Shown here: positions 38,001-49,884 of the stretch, in pieces
How positions within the stretch are numbered: position 1 is the first letter of the stretch
Layout of the letters: the number at the start of each line of letters is the position of its first letter
Assembly: GCF_947568905.1 (NCBI RefSeq)
Contig: NC_079172.1
Span: 27,032,001 to 27,096,000 of the forward strand
DNA from: Ostrea edulis
Lineage: Eukaryota
Length of the DNA stretch: 64,000 nt
Reading direction: 5' to 3'
The notes under the pieces: model-generated
Seen by the model: the letters and a program-made list of their open reading frames with translations, nothing else
Database searches by the model: none
What the model was told of the DNA's origin: nothing
Made by a program: the position numbers and the translations under genes

Positions 38001-41000
38001 TCTTTTGTGAAAAGGACAGTACTGCTGGTAAATGCTTTAATTTATGAGGTGGCCAGTCATTACACTGTGCAGAAGATTTTCAACCACTCTTTAAAAAACA
38101 TTTCATCATCTGTTGTGGCCTCATCCTAACCCCATGAGCCAAGATTTGAAAGAAAAAATATGTAAGGAATGCATAAATGTTCTGGAGAAAAAAGATTTCG
38201 ATTGAGATGTGAAATTTTGAATATTTTTTTATTTCATTACGAAAATCTGATCCCTTATCACGGTCCCATCTTCACTCTTGTGCCCATGATTTGAACAAAA
38301 TTGAATCTGTTGCACAAGAGGATGCATGCACCTCATTTTTACAAATTGTAGTCTTGATCTCTAAAGGAGATTTTTTTATGCATTTGCCTGCAAACTTTTT
38401 CTTATAGTTCATCCCTATGGTGTGGATGAACTTCCTTTCAGTATTGTTTTGACTAATTATAATCCTCTTTTTAAAATGAAGATTTGTAAAGATCAAGGAT
38501 GTATAAGGAAAAAAATATAATGATAAACAGCTACACTACGAATTCCCAAGACATTATGATAAACAGCTACATTACGAATTCCCAAGACATTATGATAAAC
38601 AGCTACACTATGAATTTCCAAGACATTATGATAAACAGCTACACTATGAATTCCCAAGACATTATGATAAACAGCTACAATATGAATTCCCAAGACAATA
38701 TTATGATGAAAAGCTACACAAGACAATATTATGGCCCATAGGGTCAGGATGGAGTCACATTTTCACATTTGGAATCTTCAATATCCTTTCATGAATGACA
38801 AGGTTATAGTTTGCACAACATGCAAGCATCCTCATGTATTGTAGCTTCCGGGTTGTTCGTATCAGGATAGACCCATAATTTTACTTAGGAATATAAAATA
38901 TTAATGTACATATGAAAATATCTTCTAAAGACAACATGAAAGTGCCTCCATGTAAAGTCATCTTGGTTCAAACCTTGGCTGTACAGTCCAAAATGGCCAT
39001 TATAGGTCACGACAAGGGTTCATAGTTGTGCATGAAATTTGACAAATTTTGTCCCTTTTTGTTATGAAAATTAAGATTATACAGAAATAAATTAATTCAT
39101 TTTTGTTCTCAAAGAAGGCTATATTTGACTAAAATGCAATTACTGTACATTTTTGTGCAGTGTAGATTTATATGTTCATGGCCAGGCCTGCTTCTTTAGG
39201 GCAGAGTTTTGGGTACCGTAAGGGTGAAGTGACATACCTTCAATGATATATAAACAAGAATATATAGTTTGTCAATGTTGTTTGGTAATATTTATGTTTA
39301 TTTAATTTAATTACTTGCATGACTCTTTGTAGGGTTCAAAGGGGGGGGGGGGGGGGGGGGGGGGGGGTTACTAAAGAGATCCTTAGAAATATGCACATCT
39401 CCAATGTATACAGGAAATGAGAGAATATAAATGTTTGGTTGATTCAACAATTTCAAATGAAAATAAATGTCTCAAATTATTTCAGGAACCGATGGGAAGT
39501 ATAAATGCGATATCTGCTGGGAATCTTTTTCATTGCTGGGTGCCTTAGTATTGCATCGGTACACACACCTAAAGGTGGATGGTGAGTGTGTTTTAAAAGA
39601 TTGTTATGTAGAGTAAAGAATCTGTGAAACAGAGACATGTCCATGCACATTAGCACATGAAATTGTAATGAGAATTCTTTGATTTTCATGGTCTTCAAAT
39701 TCCATGTTTTTGGTATAGAGTACAATTTTATTGGTATGTAAATTTCAGGAGAACTACACTTTGTTTTCTCCTCTTTCATAAGTATTGGGCATCATTAGTC
39801 ACATGATTCCGTGGTCTTGCTTGACCACCAAAAAAACCCAGTCAAAATTGGTGTACAACAAATTGTGATACCTCGGTGTATCTTTTCTTTCACTTTCTCT
39901 TTACAAAATAATTATTTTACGGGTTTTTTTTCATTTTAACTATTATAGACGAGATGACAGAGATGGAAAATTCATTAGAAGTAAAGACATTCCAGATTAA
40001 TCCAGAAAACCCTATTATCATTGATGATTGTGAAGAATTAATTGTCATTGATGTTGAAAAAGAAGGGAAAAACAACGACTCGGAAACTAATGATGAAAGT
40101 GGGATTGCAGATAATGAAATCAAAACTCACCAAGATGGAATCCGAACACATATTGATAATGTTGAGCATGAGGATCAAAATTCGAATATTCCAGAAGAAA
40201 GAGAAAATATTAGACATCTTGTAGATGGTCAGCCTGGGAGCAATAGTGAAAAAATGTGTGTTGATGATAGTGCAGTTTATTCTGAGGAAACCGAAAGCAG
40301 ATTACAATCTGGAACACAATTATCACAGGGATCCCAGAAATGCTCAACTGTCAACGACAAGAGTGAAATAAGCAGTGATGACACAGGAGAAATGGAGTCA
40401 GAAGAAAACCATGTAAAGACAGTGATTGGTGAAGAAGAGACGGAGAAAGAGTCTGGTCTTGGAAACAGCTGCAGTATAATTGAATACAACGAAGAATCAT
40501 CAGATGAACTCCTGGAGGAGGAGGATGATGAGTACATTCTGGTCACCTTTGACTCCAGTGATGAGGAAGACAATGTTAGTACTGTGAATCACTGTGGAGC
40601 TGACTGTATGGATAACAATGAACAGGAACATGATAATTCAAAAGATCACGAGATTCCACCCACTGCAGATGTGATTATAAGAAATAACGAAATGTCCAGC
40701 CAGTTTGCCGAATCGGGATCCACAACTATGCTTCCCGTTTCAACATCACACCTGGTGATGGAATCAATTGCTGGTACAGACAAGAATATAACTGAAGGCA
40801 CCAAACAAGGCAATGCAATCCCAGAAGTCAGTGAAGTTTCAATGGAATGTCAACAAGAAATTTCAGAAGAAAAAAATGGTTATGAAAATACAGATTTTGA
40901 AAAGATGCAACCATCTATGGAAATAGAGGAGGAAGAAAAAGCGTGCATGGTGAAAACTAAATCTAACACGAATATTCAGAGTGCACAATCAGAAACAGGA

Positions 41001-44000
41001 GAGACATGGGAAAAAAATAATTCCCCAGAAAGCAGTAACAAAGATTCTACTGTTACTGTTGATAAAGCAACAGCCTTACAAGACAGTTCATTTTCAGCTG
41101 ATCAATCAGGATCGAAATCGCATGTGAAAGTAATCACAAATGAAGATGGAGGGGAAAAGCTAGAGGTCCATTTTGTTCTGGATGATAAGACGAAAACTGG
41201 GACACCTGATATCCTTGAGAGTTTATCCTCATCAGAGAATGCTGTCACCGTTGATGAAATTTCCAGTACAGTACCAGATGACATTAATGTAGAATATCCA
41301 TCAAACGAAAGTGCCATAGATAAGGAAAACATGACTCCTGGAATTCAACCTCCACAGAATGATGACAGTCAGTGTAAGACGACAGGAAAAAGTACAAATG
41401 AAAATATGAATACCTGTGAGGAATCAGCAGAATTGTCGACTCTCTCAGACAAGCAGTCAGATGTTGGGAGGAAAGATGGAGCAAGTATGCCGCTTATTCA
41501 AGATCAAGAGAAAAGTGAAAGCAAACAAAAATATCAGAAAAATGAAGAACAAATGGCTACAGCAGACATCATTTGTTTATCTTCAGATGAGGAAGAGGAA
41601 AATGTCAAGGAGAAAAGTGCTGGGTAAGTAAACCAAACGGCAGCATAAGAACCTTCATCTTGAATGGCGGGAAGAACGGCATCAACAGCTCATGTTTCAA
41701 ACACAGGCATTTATTATGTTCCAACAAAACCACATATTCATGTTCCTACACTAAATACTAGTATTCTGTATAGGTACTTTTAAAATTTGTAATGTATTCT
41801 CTTTAGAGGTATATCCATCATATTACAACTGCAGTGCAGTCTAATTAAATGTAGTACGGCATAACAAATAATAAAACGTAGGGGCTAATTTTAATTAGAC
41901 TGAACTGCAGTGAAAATAACATCTAGAAATAAAAGTACACAGGTGAATTTAAAGCAGAATGACAATAGATTTTAATCAAAAATGTGAAAATAATCAGGTG
42001 TGAATTCAATACTGTGTACAGTATAAGTAGGTAAAAGTCAAGGTCAAATTTGCCCAAGTCGCATTTAGCCATGGTTTAGCACTAATAGAATCCTCCATTT
42101 GTACAAATGTGTGATAGGGAAATTCCACCAAGGGAACAAGTTTCGAAGTTAGGATGAGGCTTTACAGAGTCCTAGACAGCGAATCTTGTTCCAGAGGTGG
42201 AATTTCCCTATCCCACACATGTAAATAATGAAGGATTATTATTCTCACATTTTATCCACAGTTTAGTCAATGCATAGATTCAGGAGCTTTAAGAAAATCC
42301 TCATTTGAACTTCAATACGAAAACTAATTAGACAGGCAGAGAGAGAGCATAGCCGATAATGACTTACACTTGAAGCGTAAGCTAAAAAAAAAAAACACCA
42401 AGGTTGTCCACCAAAAGCTACATGAAATTGAAATTTTAAGAAAAATACGAAATATTTTACTTCACTATGTAACACAATTAATAGAAAATATATATCACAA
42501 TCAATGATGTTGCAGCAGTGTATTACAGAAAAATCTCTCATACATGTAGCTGTCTCACATGGGTAAAGTCGATATAACACTGGTGTTAATGTGAGAAATA
42601 GTTTTATTAGTTATTTAAACAAAACATTTACAATGTATGAGGTAAAATGCCACTACTGTGTAACAGAGATATACAAGACCCACACGTAGCACAAAGATTG
42701 CTAATGACTACAGTCTGTCATGACACTGAGTCAAGTTCATTTAGTCAAGGTTAATGAGAAAAAAGTTAGAAATATATTTGTTTCAGGCCATTTGTAGAGG
42801 ATAAGTATTACTAGTTGATACTTGGCTAGATTTTTTATGATTAAACAATGTGATGTAAGTCTGAATTAGTTTCAGAAAGGCACAAAGTTTAAGTTGCCAT
42901 GTCTCTTACCAATTTCAGGGACACAGGCCAAGAAACTGTACAGATAACTGACGACTCTTCGACAAATGCCCAAACATGCAAGGTCATACAGAAAGCATCC
43001 AAAAACAATATTTTGGGAGATGATCCTAAGAAAGTACTCAGAAATGAGTATTTGGGGAGTCATGTTAGTGAGCTCAATCCATCTTCAACAGGAACAACAA
43101 GTCGGTCTCACAAGTTAAGTCACATGGATATCGTCATTGATTTGGACCCTGAGGAAGATTCGTACATTTGTTACTTATGTAAAAGCAAATTTCCTTCTGT
43201 TCAGGACATCCAGCTGCATTTAAAGAAAGTTCACTCTTATTTCAATAACAGTATCATCCTAGACGGTTTTTTCTGCTGTCATTGTAAGGATAAGTTCAAT
43301 TCTTTAGGGGAGCTTTCAATTCATGAGTCAACTGTTCATGGTTTCAAATTTTCATGCCCTTTGTGTGGGATTCACCAGAAAGACCATGAACTATTTTTAA
43401 CCCATATTATGGAACATCTATCACCATGGATCCTTTATTGTGTTTTGTGTAAACTGGAATTTAGAAAGGAAGATGAATTCAAGGAACATAATTCTATCAA
43501 GCATGGTGGCAAAGTGGTGTTATCAGAGTCCTTGAAATGCTGTATTTGTGACAGTTTCTTTGCTGACAAAGGGAAATATTATGAACATCTTAGAATTTTT
43601 CATGATAAATTGTTTAAGTTTCCGTGCAAGGTCTGCTTTCAAAGTTTTTGTACAAGATCTGCACTGAAAGTTCACAGAAGCTCTCTTGATAACTTTCTTA
43701 GTGGATCAAGAACCAAAATAGCAGAATTCATTTTGATTGATTCTAATGCAGTTGACGTTAAAGTGATCAGTGAAATTCCCTTGAGTAACTTTCATCGCAG
43801 ATATTTATCAACTCCAACAACCTCAGAAAAGGCAAAACTTGCTTATAAAAGAATAGACCAAGAATCCATACTTAGAAAATGTAGTTTGACAGATACAAGG
43901 AAAGGGATTGTTATTAGTGGTGTAAATTCAAGGTCATTGCAGAATGACGAAAGTGCAGACAGCACTTTGGAGAGCAGACAAGGTCAGCCTGTGACAGATA

Positions 44001-46672
44001 TCAGCACACATGGAGATCCAAATGACATGACGAATAGGAATATTGCATGTGAAGAGGAGAGCTTGCCAGATATACAGCGTCCTAAGCAGTCAGAAACCTC
44101 TGCCAGTAGTATAACTGATCTGGTGTCTGCAAATGACGTCACATCAACTGCTGAGGACATGGTTACCAATCTTAGAATTGTTGGACACAAAACGGATAAG
44201 GAATCACAGGGACATGAGAAGGAATCACAGGGACATGTGAAGGAATCACAGGGACATGAGAAGGAATCACAGGGACATGAGAAGGAATCACAGGGACATG
44301 TGAAAGAATCACAGGGACATGTGAAGGAATCACAGGGACATGAGAAGGAATCACAGGGACATGAGAAGGAATCACAGGGACATGAGAAGGAAACACAGGG
44401 ACATGTGAGTGAAGAATTAGCATCAAACAGAGACCGGATTTCAATGGAGGTTGAATGTAAGGATACATCTTCAGTTACCACTCAGTCTACAACATCAACC
44501 TCAATAAATGACACAGAACCTGCCAATCGACCGTTCAAAAATCCTGAAAAAAGAAATTCAGTTTTGCCAACTATTGACGGGAGTGGCATTTTAGATGAAT
44601 CCACTCCAATGTTAACAAGCTGCGAACAGGGGTCATCCGGAAGAATGCCTGATAGTCAGACAGTCGATTTAACTACAATAACTGATGCAGACTTTATAGA
44701 GGAGGATTCAGGACAATGTAGCAATGGGGAATCTTTTATTCCTATTGGTAATATCATGACCATTCAACCAAAAGAGATCCGTGAGAAAGGTAAGATGCTG
44801 TGTCTATCATTAGAATTTAGATAAATAGGGGGAAATTGATTGTTATGTTCCTTATGCACCCAGATTCCTGCAGAAATCAGGTAGAGGTTGTTATGTGGAT
44901 GTGTTAAGTTTAATTGTTTTATGTATTTTATAATAATTATAGGAACTTCTATTGTCAGTGTGTCCATGTACTACAGGATTGTATGCGCTGCAAGTTTGTT
45001 CTTTTCTTTTTTCTTTTGTATTTTACTTCAAACTTCTGTGCAGCAGCGTATCATTAGTCAAAAAGAAAAGAAAAACATACTGAATGCAGAAATTTAACAA
45101 TTTCTTTTTGTTTGATATGACGTGTTTATTCATAAATGCATTTAGTTGATGAGCTCCTTTGCTATTTATTCTAACAAGTCTTTTTTCCATTTTGTAGAAA
45201 ATACCGGAGTCATGCAACATAGAGGAAATGTTGACAGTGGTATGAAAGATTCAACCATTTTCAGTTTTGATTGTTTAGTAGAGAAGGTATTTGATGAATA
45301 TGAGCATAAGACGAGAGACGCTTGGAGTAAAGAGGTCATTGTTGTGGAAGACGGAATGCCAGATAGTGGAGAGGCTGGAGAATACCATTCGTCCCAAAGG
45401 ACATTGAGAAGAGTTCAAAATAATGAAAATTTACCTACATCTTCGTCCAAGAGTTTGAATTCATCTCAGGATGAAAATATACCAGTTGAGATAGAGAATG
45501 TAATTTCAAATCTCCTCAGCTATTGCAAGAGACCCAAGATGATGTCATCACAAAGAAGGTCTTCTAATGCTGTCGAACGTATCTCCCCAAAAGTGAATTC
45601 TATACCTTATAAAGGAGCAAAGGGAATGAATAACTTTCCAATATTGCAAGGCGATCTAAAACATAACAGTGTCCCAGTTATGGTTGATCAAACAACCGAA
45701 AGGAATTTAAATGTTGACCAATCTAGTGATTCGTTGAGAAGCTTATCATCTCAGGAACATTCCAGAACAGAAGAAATGGATCATCAAGTAGCATCAACAC
45801 CGGATAATATAAAGTCAAACAATTTCTTTGTGACGAAATCGGTGTTATCTGTGCTTGAAGGCAATCCTTCATTGTTGTTGAATGACTGGAAAGAAACTTT
45901 GGAGGAAAGTGGCAAAGGGACGCGCCTGCGTGCTATGCATCCAGATTTGAACGATTTTATCAAACTTACAAATTGGAAATCTTCGCCACTTGTACTTGCT
46001 AAAGTCAATGCCCTTTTGCACAAAAAATTTCCTGTAGACAATAATATATCTAGAGCCGATACAACCAGAAGTAAAGATGGTCGCATTTTGATTGGAGAGC
46101 GAAAGGAATTATTTGCTGATATAAAAAATACTTTGGAAAAATTTGAGGATGACCCACATCTGAAAAGAAATCCCATTAATTTTGAAAATTTGGATAGAAT
46201 GCAATGTACAAAGGATGAATCCCTATCTAAAGAGAAGCACAATATGAAGAATACTGTGGAGGCTCAGAAAACGTACGTTTACAGCCACACTGACCTAGAT
46301 AATGCTGTAAAGCGGCTTAGTTCAGTTGTCCAAGCTATTGCGAAACGAAAGCTGGATGAATGTGGTCCTCCGGACTCAACTGAAATGCAAGTTGAACAAC
46401 CCAAAAAGAAAATCAAGATCGTTCCGGCAAAAGATGTCCTAAATCAGGATCAGGTCGTTGTTTCTATGGAGGGGGAAATGAAAAATGATGGAAATGAACA
46501 GGGGCCTTCTTCAGAAACGTTGAATTCTAGAAAATTGTCAGACCCATCTGCAGTAGTCATGGCTTATCCAGTAACAGTCACACAATTGTCAACGACCGTT
46601 CCACAAGTAGATATTAACAACACACTTGGTGCTGAAGAAGGTGGAATGCAGTTTGACATTGTAAAAGAGTAA
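30756..46672 (+). CDS. 2174-aa nuclear protein: divergent nuclear-receptor C4 DBD + C2H2/C2HC zinc fingers + SIM-like motifs (10 coding exons)
   Basis: Exons 30756-31239, 32365-32754, 34568-34690, 36930-37021, 37273-37396, 37833-38027, 39486-39581, 39949-41623, 42919-44789 and 45198-46672 are all GT-AG with compatible phases and sum to 6525 nt, open to TAA at 46670-46672. AATAAA at 47370-47375. Confidence 0.8.
31956..32008. repeat. (CA)n(TA)n compound microsatellite
   Basis: Direct reading. Confidence 0.9.
32118..32207 (+). mobile_element. tRNA-derived SINE remnant
   Basis: A-box TAGCTTGGTAGAG and B-box GAGTTCAAATCC, but no complete cloverleaf. Confidence 0.55.
32365..32754 (+). CDS. Coding exon 2 (low-complexity S/T/Q/P)
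   Basis: TTTTCAG acceptor, GTAAGT donor, phase 1-1, open frame. Confidence 0.8.
34568..34690 (+). CDS. Coding exon 3
   Basis: TTATAG acceptor, CCAG|GTAGGA donor, phase 1-1, open frame DQSTSTSPDMCN...SNP. Confidence 0.7.
36184..36784. mobile_element. MITE with TAA target duplication (PIF/Harbinger-like)
   Basis: TIR GTATCGTCGACTG...GGTGACC paired with GGTCACC...CAGTCGACGATAC; TAA on both flanks. Confidence 0.75.
36930..37021 (+). CDS. Coding exon 4: nuclear-receptor-type zinc finger 1 (C-x2-C-x13-C-x2-C)
   Basis: Encodes EMLKEVPRICKVCGEESKGSPFGVPACLSCS; TTTCAG acceptor; donor GTATGA in phase 0. Absent from the ORF track because it is short. Confidence 0.85.
37273..37396 (+). CDS. Coding exon 5: NR recognition helix and remodelled zinc finger 2
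   Basis: Encodes VFFRNCTEDDLKISRHRQYMGRCGCQLCHLFCCYLRGMKPE, matching the NR patterns FFRR and CQxCRLxKCxxxGM. Confidence 0.85.
37405..37480. repeat. 40-bp-period tandem duplication just after the DBD exon 5 donor
   Basis: CAAACAGT(C/G)TGACACTCACATTAACTATGCTACTCA x2. Confidence 0.85.
37833..38027 (+). CDS. Coding exon 6: two C2HC/C2H-type zinc fingers
   Basis: CTVCSKPFILRYFLIQHQKNC and CDTCGLTFATDSQLKQHKKSKVFC; canonical splice sites. Confidence 0.85.
38517..38720. repeat. Intronic 36-bp minisatellite, about 5.5 copies
   Basis: ATTATGATAAACAGCTACACTATGAATTCCCAAGAC units. Confidence 0.9.
39486..39581 (+). CDS. Coding exon 7: one C2H2 finger
   Basis: YKCDICWESFSLLGALVLHRYTH; TTTCAG acceptor and GTGAGT donor. 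Confidence 0.85.
39949..41623 (+). CDS. Coding exon 8: long acidic disordered region with SIM-like motifs
   Basis: 557-codon open frame; TTATAG acceptor; GG|GTAAGT phase-2 donor. Confidence 0.9.
42919..44789 (+). CDS. Coding exon 9: six C2H2 fingers (last degenerate) plus 7-aa tandem repeat
   Basis: Fingers run from YICYLCKSKFPSVQDIQLHLKKVH to FPCKVCFQSFCTRSALKVH. The phase-2 acceptor TTTCAG|G at 42918 matches the previous donor; donor AAG|GTAAGA. Confidence 0.9.
44198..44407 (+). repeat. Coding 21-bp repeat x10 (KESQGH[E/V])
   Basis: AAGGAATCACAGGGACATG(A/T)G x10, in frame in exon 9. Confidence 0.95.
45198..46672 (+). CDS. Terminal coding exon 10
   Basis: TTTGTAG acceptor in phase 1; 491 codons to TAA. 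Confidence 0.88.
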
Positions 46673-47936
46673 CTGCAATATGTGACTTTTGAAAGAATTG
46701 AAAACATCTATATTTTAATACGTGTATGTGTTTTATATCTGTGTACTAGTGATTACTAGTATGGCCCAGAATTGGGACTATGCTGTTTTAGTCCCGTTTA
46801 TCAAGAATGAAGAAGTCATGGGGGTAATTCTTTTTCTTAAAAAGTGTAAATTTAACTGATTTATAATGAAATAATTTTTTTCCAAGTCTTATTTTCACCA
46901 TACATGTATGTTGAAAATGCATCAATCACTTTCAAAATGTCCATGAATATACGCACATGTGTGGTTCTACTATTTTTAAGTTTTTTATGTATATTTGATG
47001 TATACGCTGTGAGGGTTTAAAAGTGACATTGTTTCATGGTAAGTGATTAATGTATATTTTTGTTCTTTTGTTTTTAAAACAAAGTTAAGTTTTAAGTTAA
47101 TATATGATCTTGCAAAAAAAGAATTCCGTTCAGGGATGTTGATTTTCACCATTTGTTTGAATTGTATGATTATGAGATAATACATGTTTAATACTATATA
47201 TTTCTATGTATTATGATGTACTGTCACAAGGGATATATTGTCAAAGCTATCATGCAATTTTATTTTACTGTTACATGTTATAAATTGATATGCTGAGAAG
47301 TATCTGTTATGAATAATGTAGATGTACATGTAGACTTATTGATGAAATTTGTAAAGATAAATCATGATAAATAAAATTAATGTTGAATTGAAATCAAACC
47401 TAAGTATCAAATGCCATGAATATCCAATAATATAGGATACATTGATGGGTATAGAATAATATAGGATTCACTCAACTTTATTGATGGGAAGCTGTTTTAC
47501 TATTTCTTTAGAAAATAAGATATCTCTTATTTAGAGAGATATCTCTTATTTTAAAGAGATATTACTTATGAAAAGATATCTCTTTAGAAATAGATTGATT
47601 TTATTTGAACTGAAAATTTTCAAAATTTTATTTTTCCATCTTAAATGTTTGCAATGCTTAACTAGGGTGTTTCTAATGGTCAGCTAAAATTTGAATGTCA
47701 GTCGTCGAGGTACAAAAGAGATGCAGCACTCACAATTCTTTGTTATGTACATATAAACAAGGCTCATGCCATGTTTTTGTTTACATAGGTTAAATATTCC
47801 TTTTAAAAAAGTTTCATTTAAAGCAGATTTTTCAATTTACAAATTAATTCTGAACACAATTAAACAGTTTCTAGTCTTTGTAATATCTCATTTGTTTCAA
47901 ACATGATATTTCCTATTAAGCAATCTTAAATGTAAA

Positions 47937-48225
47937 CAAAAACATAGCACGAGCCTTGTTTACATAACAAAGAATTGTGCTGTGTCTTAAAACAGACATT
48001 CAAATTTTGCTGACCATTGCATTTACCGGTAACTTTTTGCCCCGCCCCTAAGCCCTCAGGGGTGCTGGAGACCTGAAATTTACAATTCTTGTCCCAAAGA
48101 TACTTCATACAAAATTTGAAAAGAATTGGACTGGTAGTTATCAACGAGAAGTTAAAAATGTTCAATTGTTGACGGACGACAACCGATTGCAATAGGTCAC
48201 CTGAGTTTACTCCGGTGACCTAAAA
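47937..48225 (+). mobile_element. Helentron-like fragment
   Basis: (GACG)n and CAATAGGTCACCTGAGT...GGTGACCTAAAA end. Confidence 0.55.
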
Positions 48226-49603
48226 AGATAAAACAGATGTTGAGGTGCAATTCTCCAAGACAGTCCCCCATGAGTCGTTGTTATGTAGCTACATGGGCTG
48301 TTTGATAATCCAAAGGGCATCCGGTTATGGGCGATTCTCTCATTTCATTCACAAACTGGCAAAGTATTGTCCCATGTTATTTTTTTTCAAATTATTACGA
48401 TATGTCTTGAAAGTTTGAATTGATTCTGTGTCTACACTTTAAAAGCTTACTAGAAAAAAATATAAATCCGTTTGGTCTAACAACACAACTCAAAATTAAT
48501 GAATGTTAATTGCCCAATTATCTCATTACAATGACGTGACGGTAATGTCCTATATTAAGTTAGTGTTGGAATTTTGAATATATTTCTTAGAAATGTTTGG
48601 AAAATAATGCAATTTAAACTTTTTACTTATTTTCTAAAGAAAATTAATTGAATGCATGGAATACATTGTGGGGAAAACCACTCATGGAATTATTTTTGAA
48701 AGAAAATATTTTGTCTATCAAAACATGTTCCATACCGTAACGCTTCTATTTTCTGCACTTATGATACACCCATGAACTTCATTGACATATTTCCCACCAC
48801 TGCAACATTTTATGACGTCATATTAAAACACATGTAATACTTTCTGAATGATGGTTGCCAGTGAATGCAAGAAGGCAGCAAATAAGTACATTTTCTTCAG
48901 TTGTAGTTAATTAACGTTATCTGTACCGTTCATTGATTTTTGATTAAATAATCCCTAGCAACCAACGATATAGACACATTCATTCAATTAATTTCCAAAG
49001 TAACAAGAATCGCTTAATTAGGACATGATTTGAAAAATATATATGGGATAATGTAAGAAAATATCCATACCACAACACTCCATACCGTCACATCAGTAAC
49101 AATAGCGGTACGATCTATGTTGTGACGGTATGGAAATTCTTTCAATTAAGTTAATAAAATTGATATTATGATTGGAAATTATTTTCAAAATGGCAAATAT
49201 ATAGGTTTTTTAAAAAACATAAAATCACATGAATTTGCTGAAACAGAAAAAGAAATACATGTATTAGGCCTATGGTTTCAAAAGCTTAAATCTGGTGCAG
49301 TGGCCCATGTCAGAATTTTATGTAAGTCTAAGAATGTATGATCTCACAGGGTAAGGGTTCTGACTACTTGTTATTTATATATATAAAGATAAGTCAACAT
49401 TACCGTAGAAAACAGCCAATCTGCATAGCAATGGTAAAAACGGCAGCTAATGAAAAAAATGTATAACATACAAGCTACATGTATCTGTCCTGTTTTGTCC
49501 AGCCAAATGTGCTTGTTTCAATCCCTCTGAACACATTTTTCATGAAATTATTTAAGAATGCAATGAATCAGAGCAGTCTACAGAAATTCGCATAAGTTGT
49601 AAT

Positions 49604-49737
49604 GGAAAGGTGAAGATAACGAACAGTGATCAATCTCATAACTCCTGTAAGGAATACAAGTTAAAGAGTTGGGCAAACATGGACTCTGGACAGGATATAC
49701 CAGAGGTGATATTAGGTGCCTAGGAGGAGTAAGCATC
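49604..49737 (-). mobile_element. Penelope-like element terminal fragment
   Basis: AAGGTGAAGATAACGAACAGTGATCAATCTCATAACTCC terminus. Confidence 0.65.
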
Positions 49738-49808
49738 AGATTTTCAAGATAGCAAGATAATGAAGGTCACAGATGGAGATGCAGAACTTATAGAGAAGTG
49801 CATCTTCG

Positions 49809-49884
49809 CAAGTCAATGGTTTCTGATCCGCTCCGCTCCACATATGTTTATGTGGAGTGGATCATATCAGAAACCCTTGACTTG
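49809..49884. repeat. 76-bp hairpin/palindrome
   Basis: CAAGTCAA(T/G)GGTTTCTGAT outer arms and an inner CTCCACATA/TATGTGGAG stem. Confidence 0.7.

Noticed and set aside
38517-38720. CRISPR-like 36-bp repeats
   Set aside because: The repeats are head-to-tail with no unique spacers, there are no cas genes, and the context is a eukaryotic intron.
42787-42804. Possible 18-nt phase-2 micro-exon (PFVED)
   Set aside because: Weak donor (GTATTA), and the model is already in frame without it.
43984-44481. Cys-rich (CPCDSFS)n and (VIPSHVP)n minus-strand ORFs resembling metallothionein or mucin
   Set aside because: They are antisense shadows of the 21-bp coding repeat in exon 9; the plus-strand frame is part of a 623-codon exon with zinc fingers.
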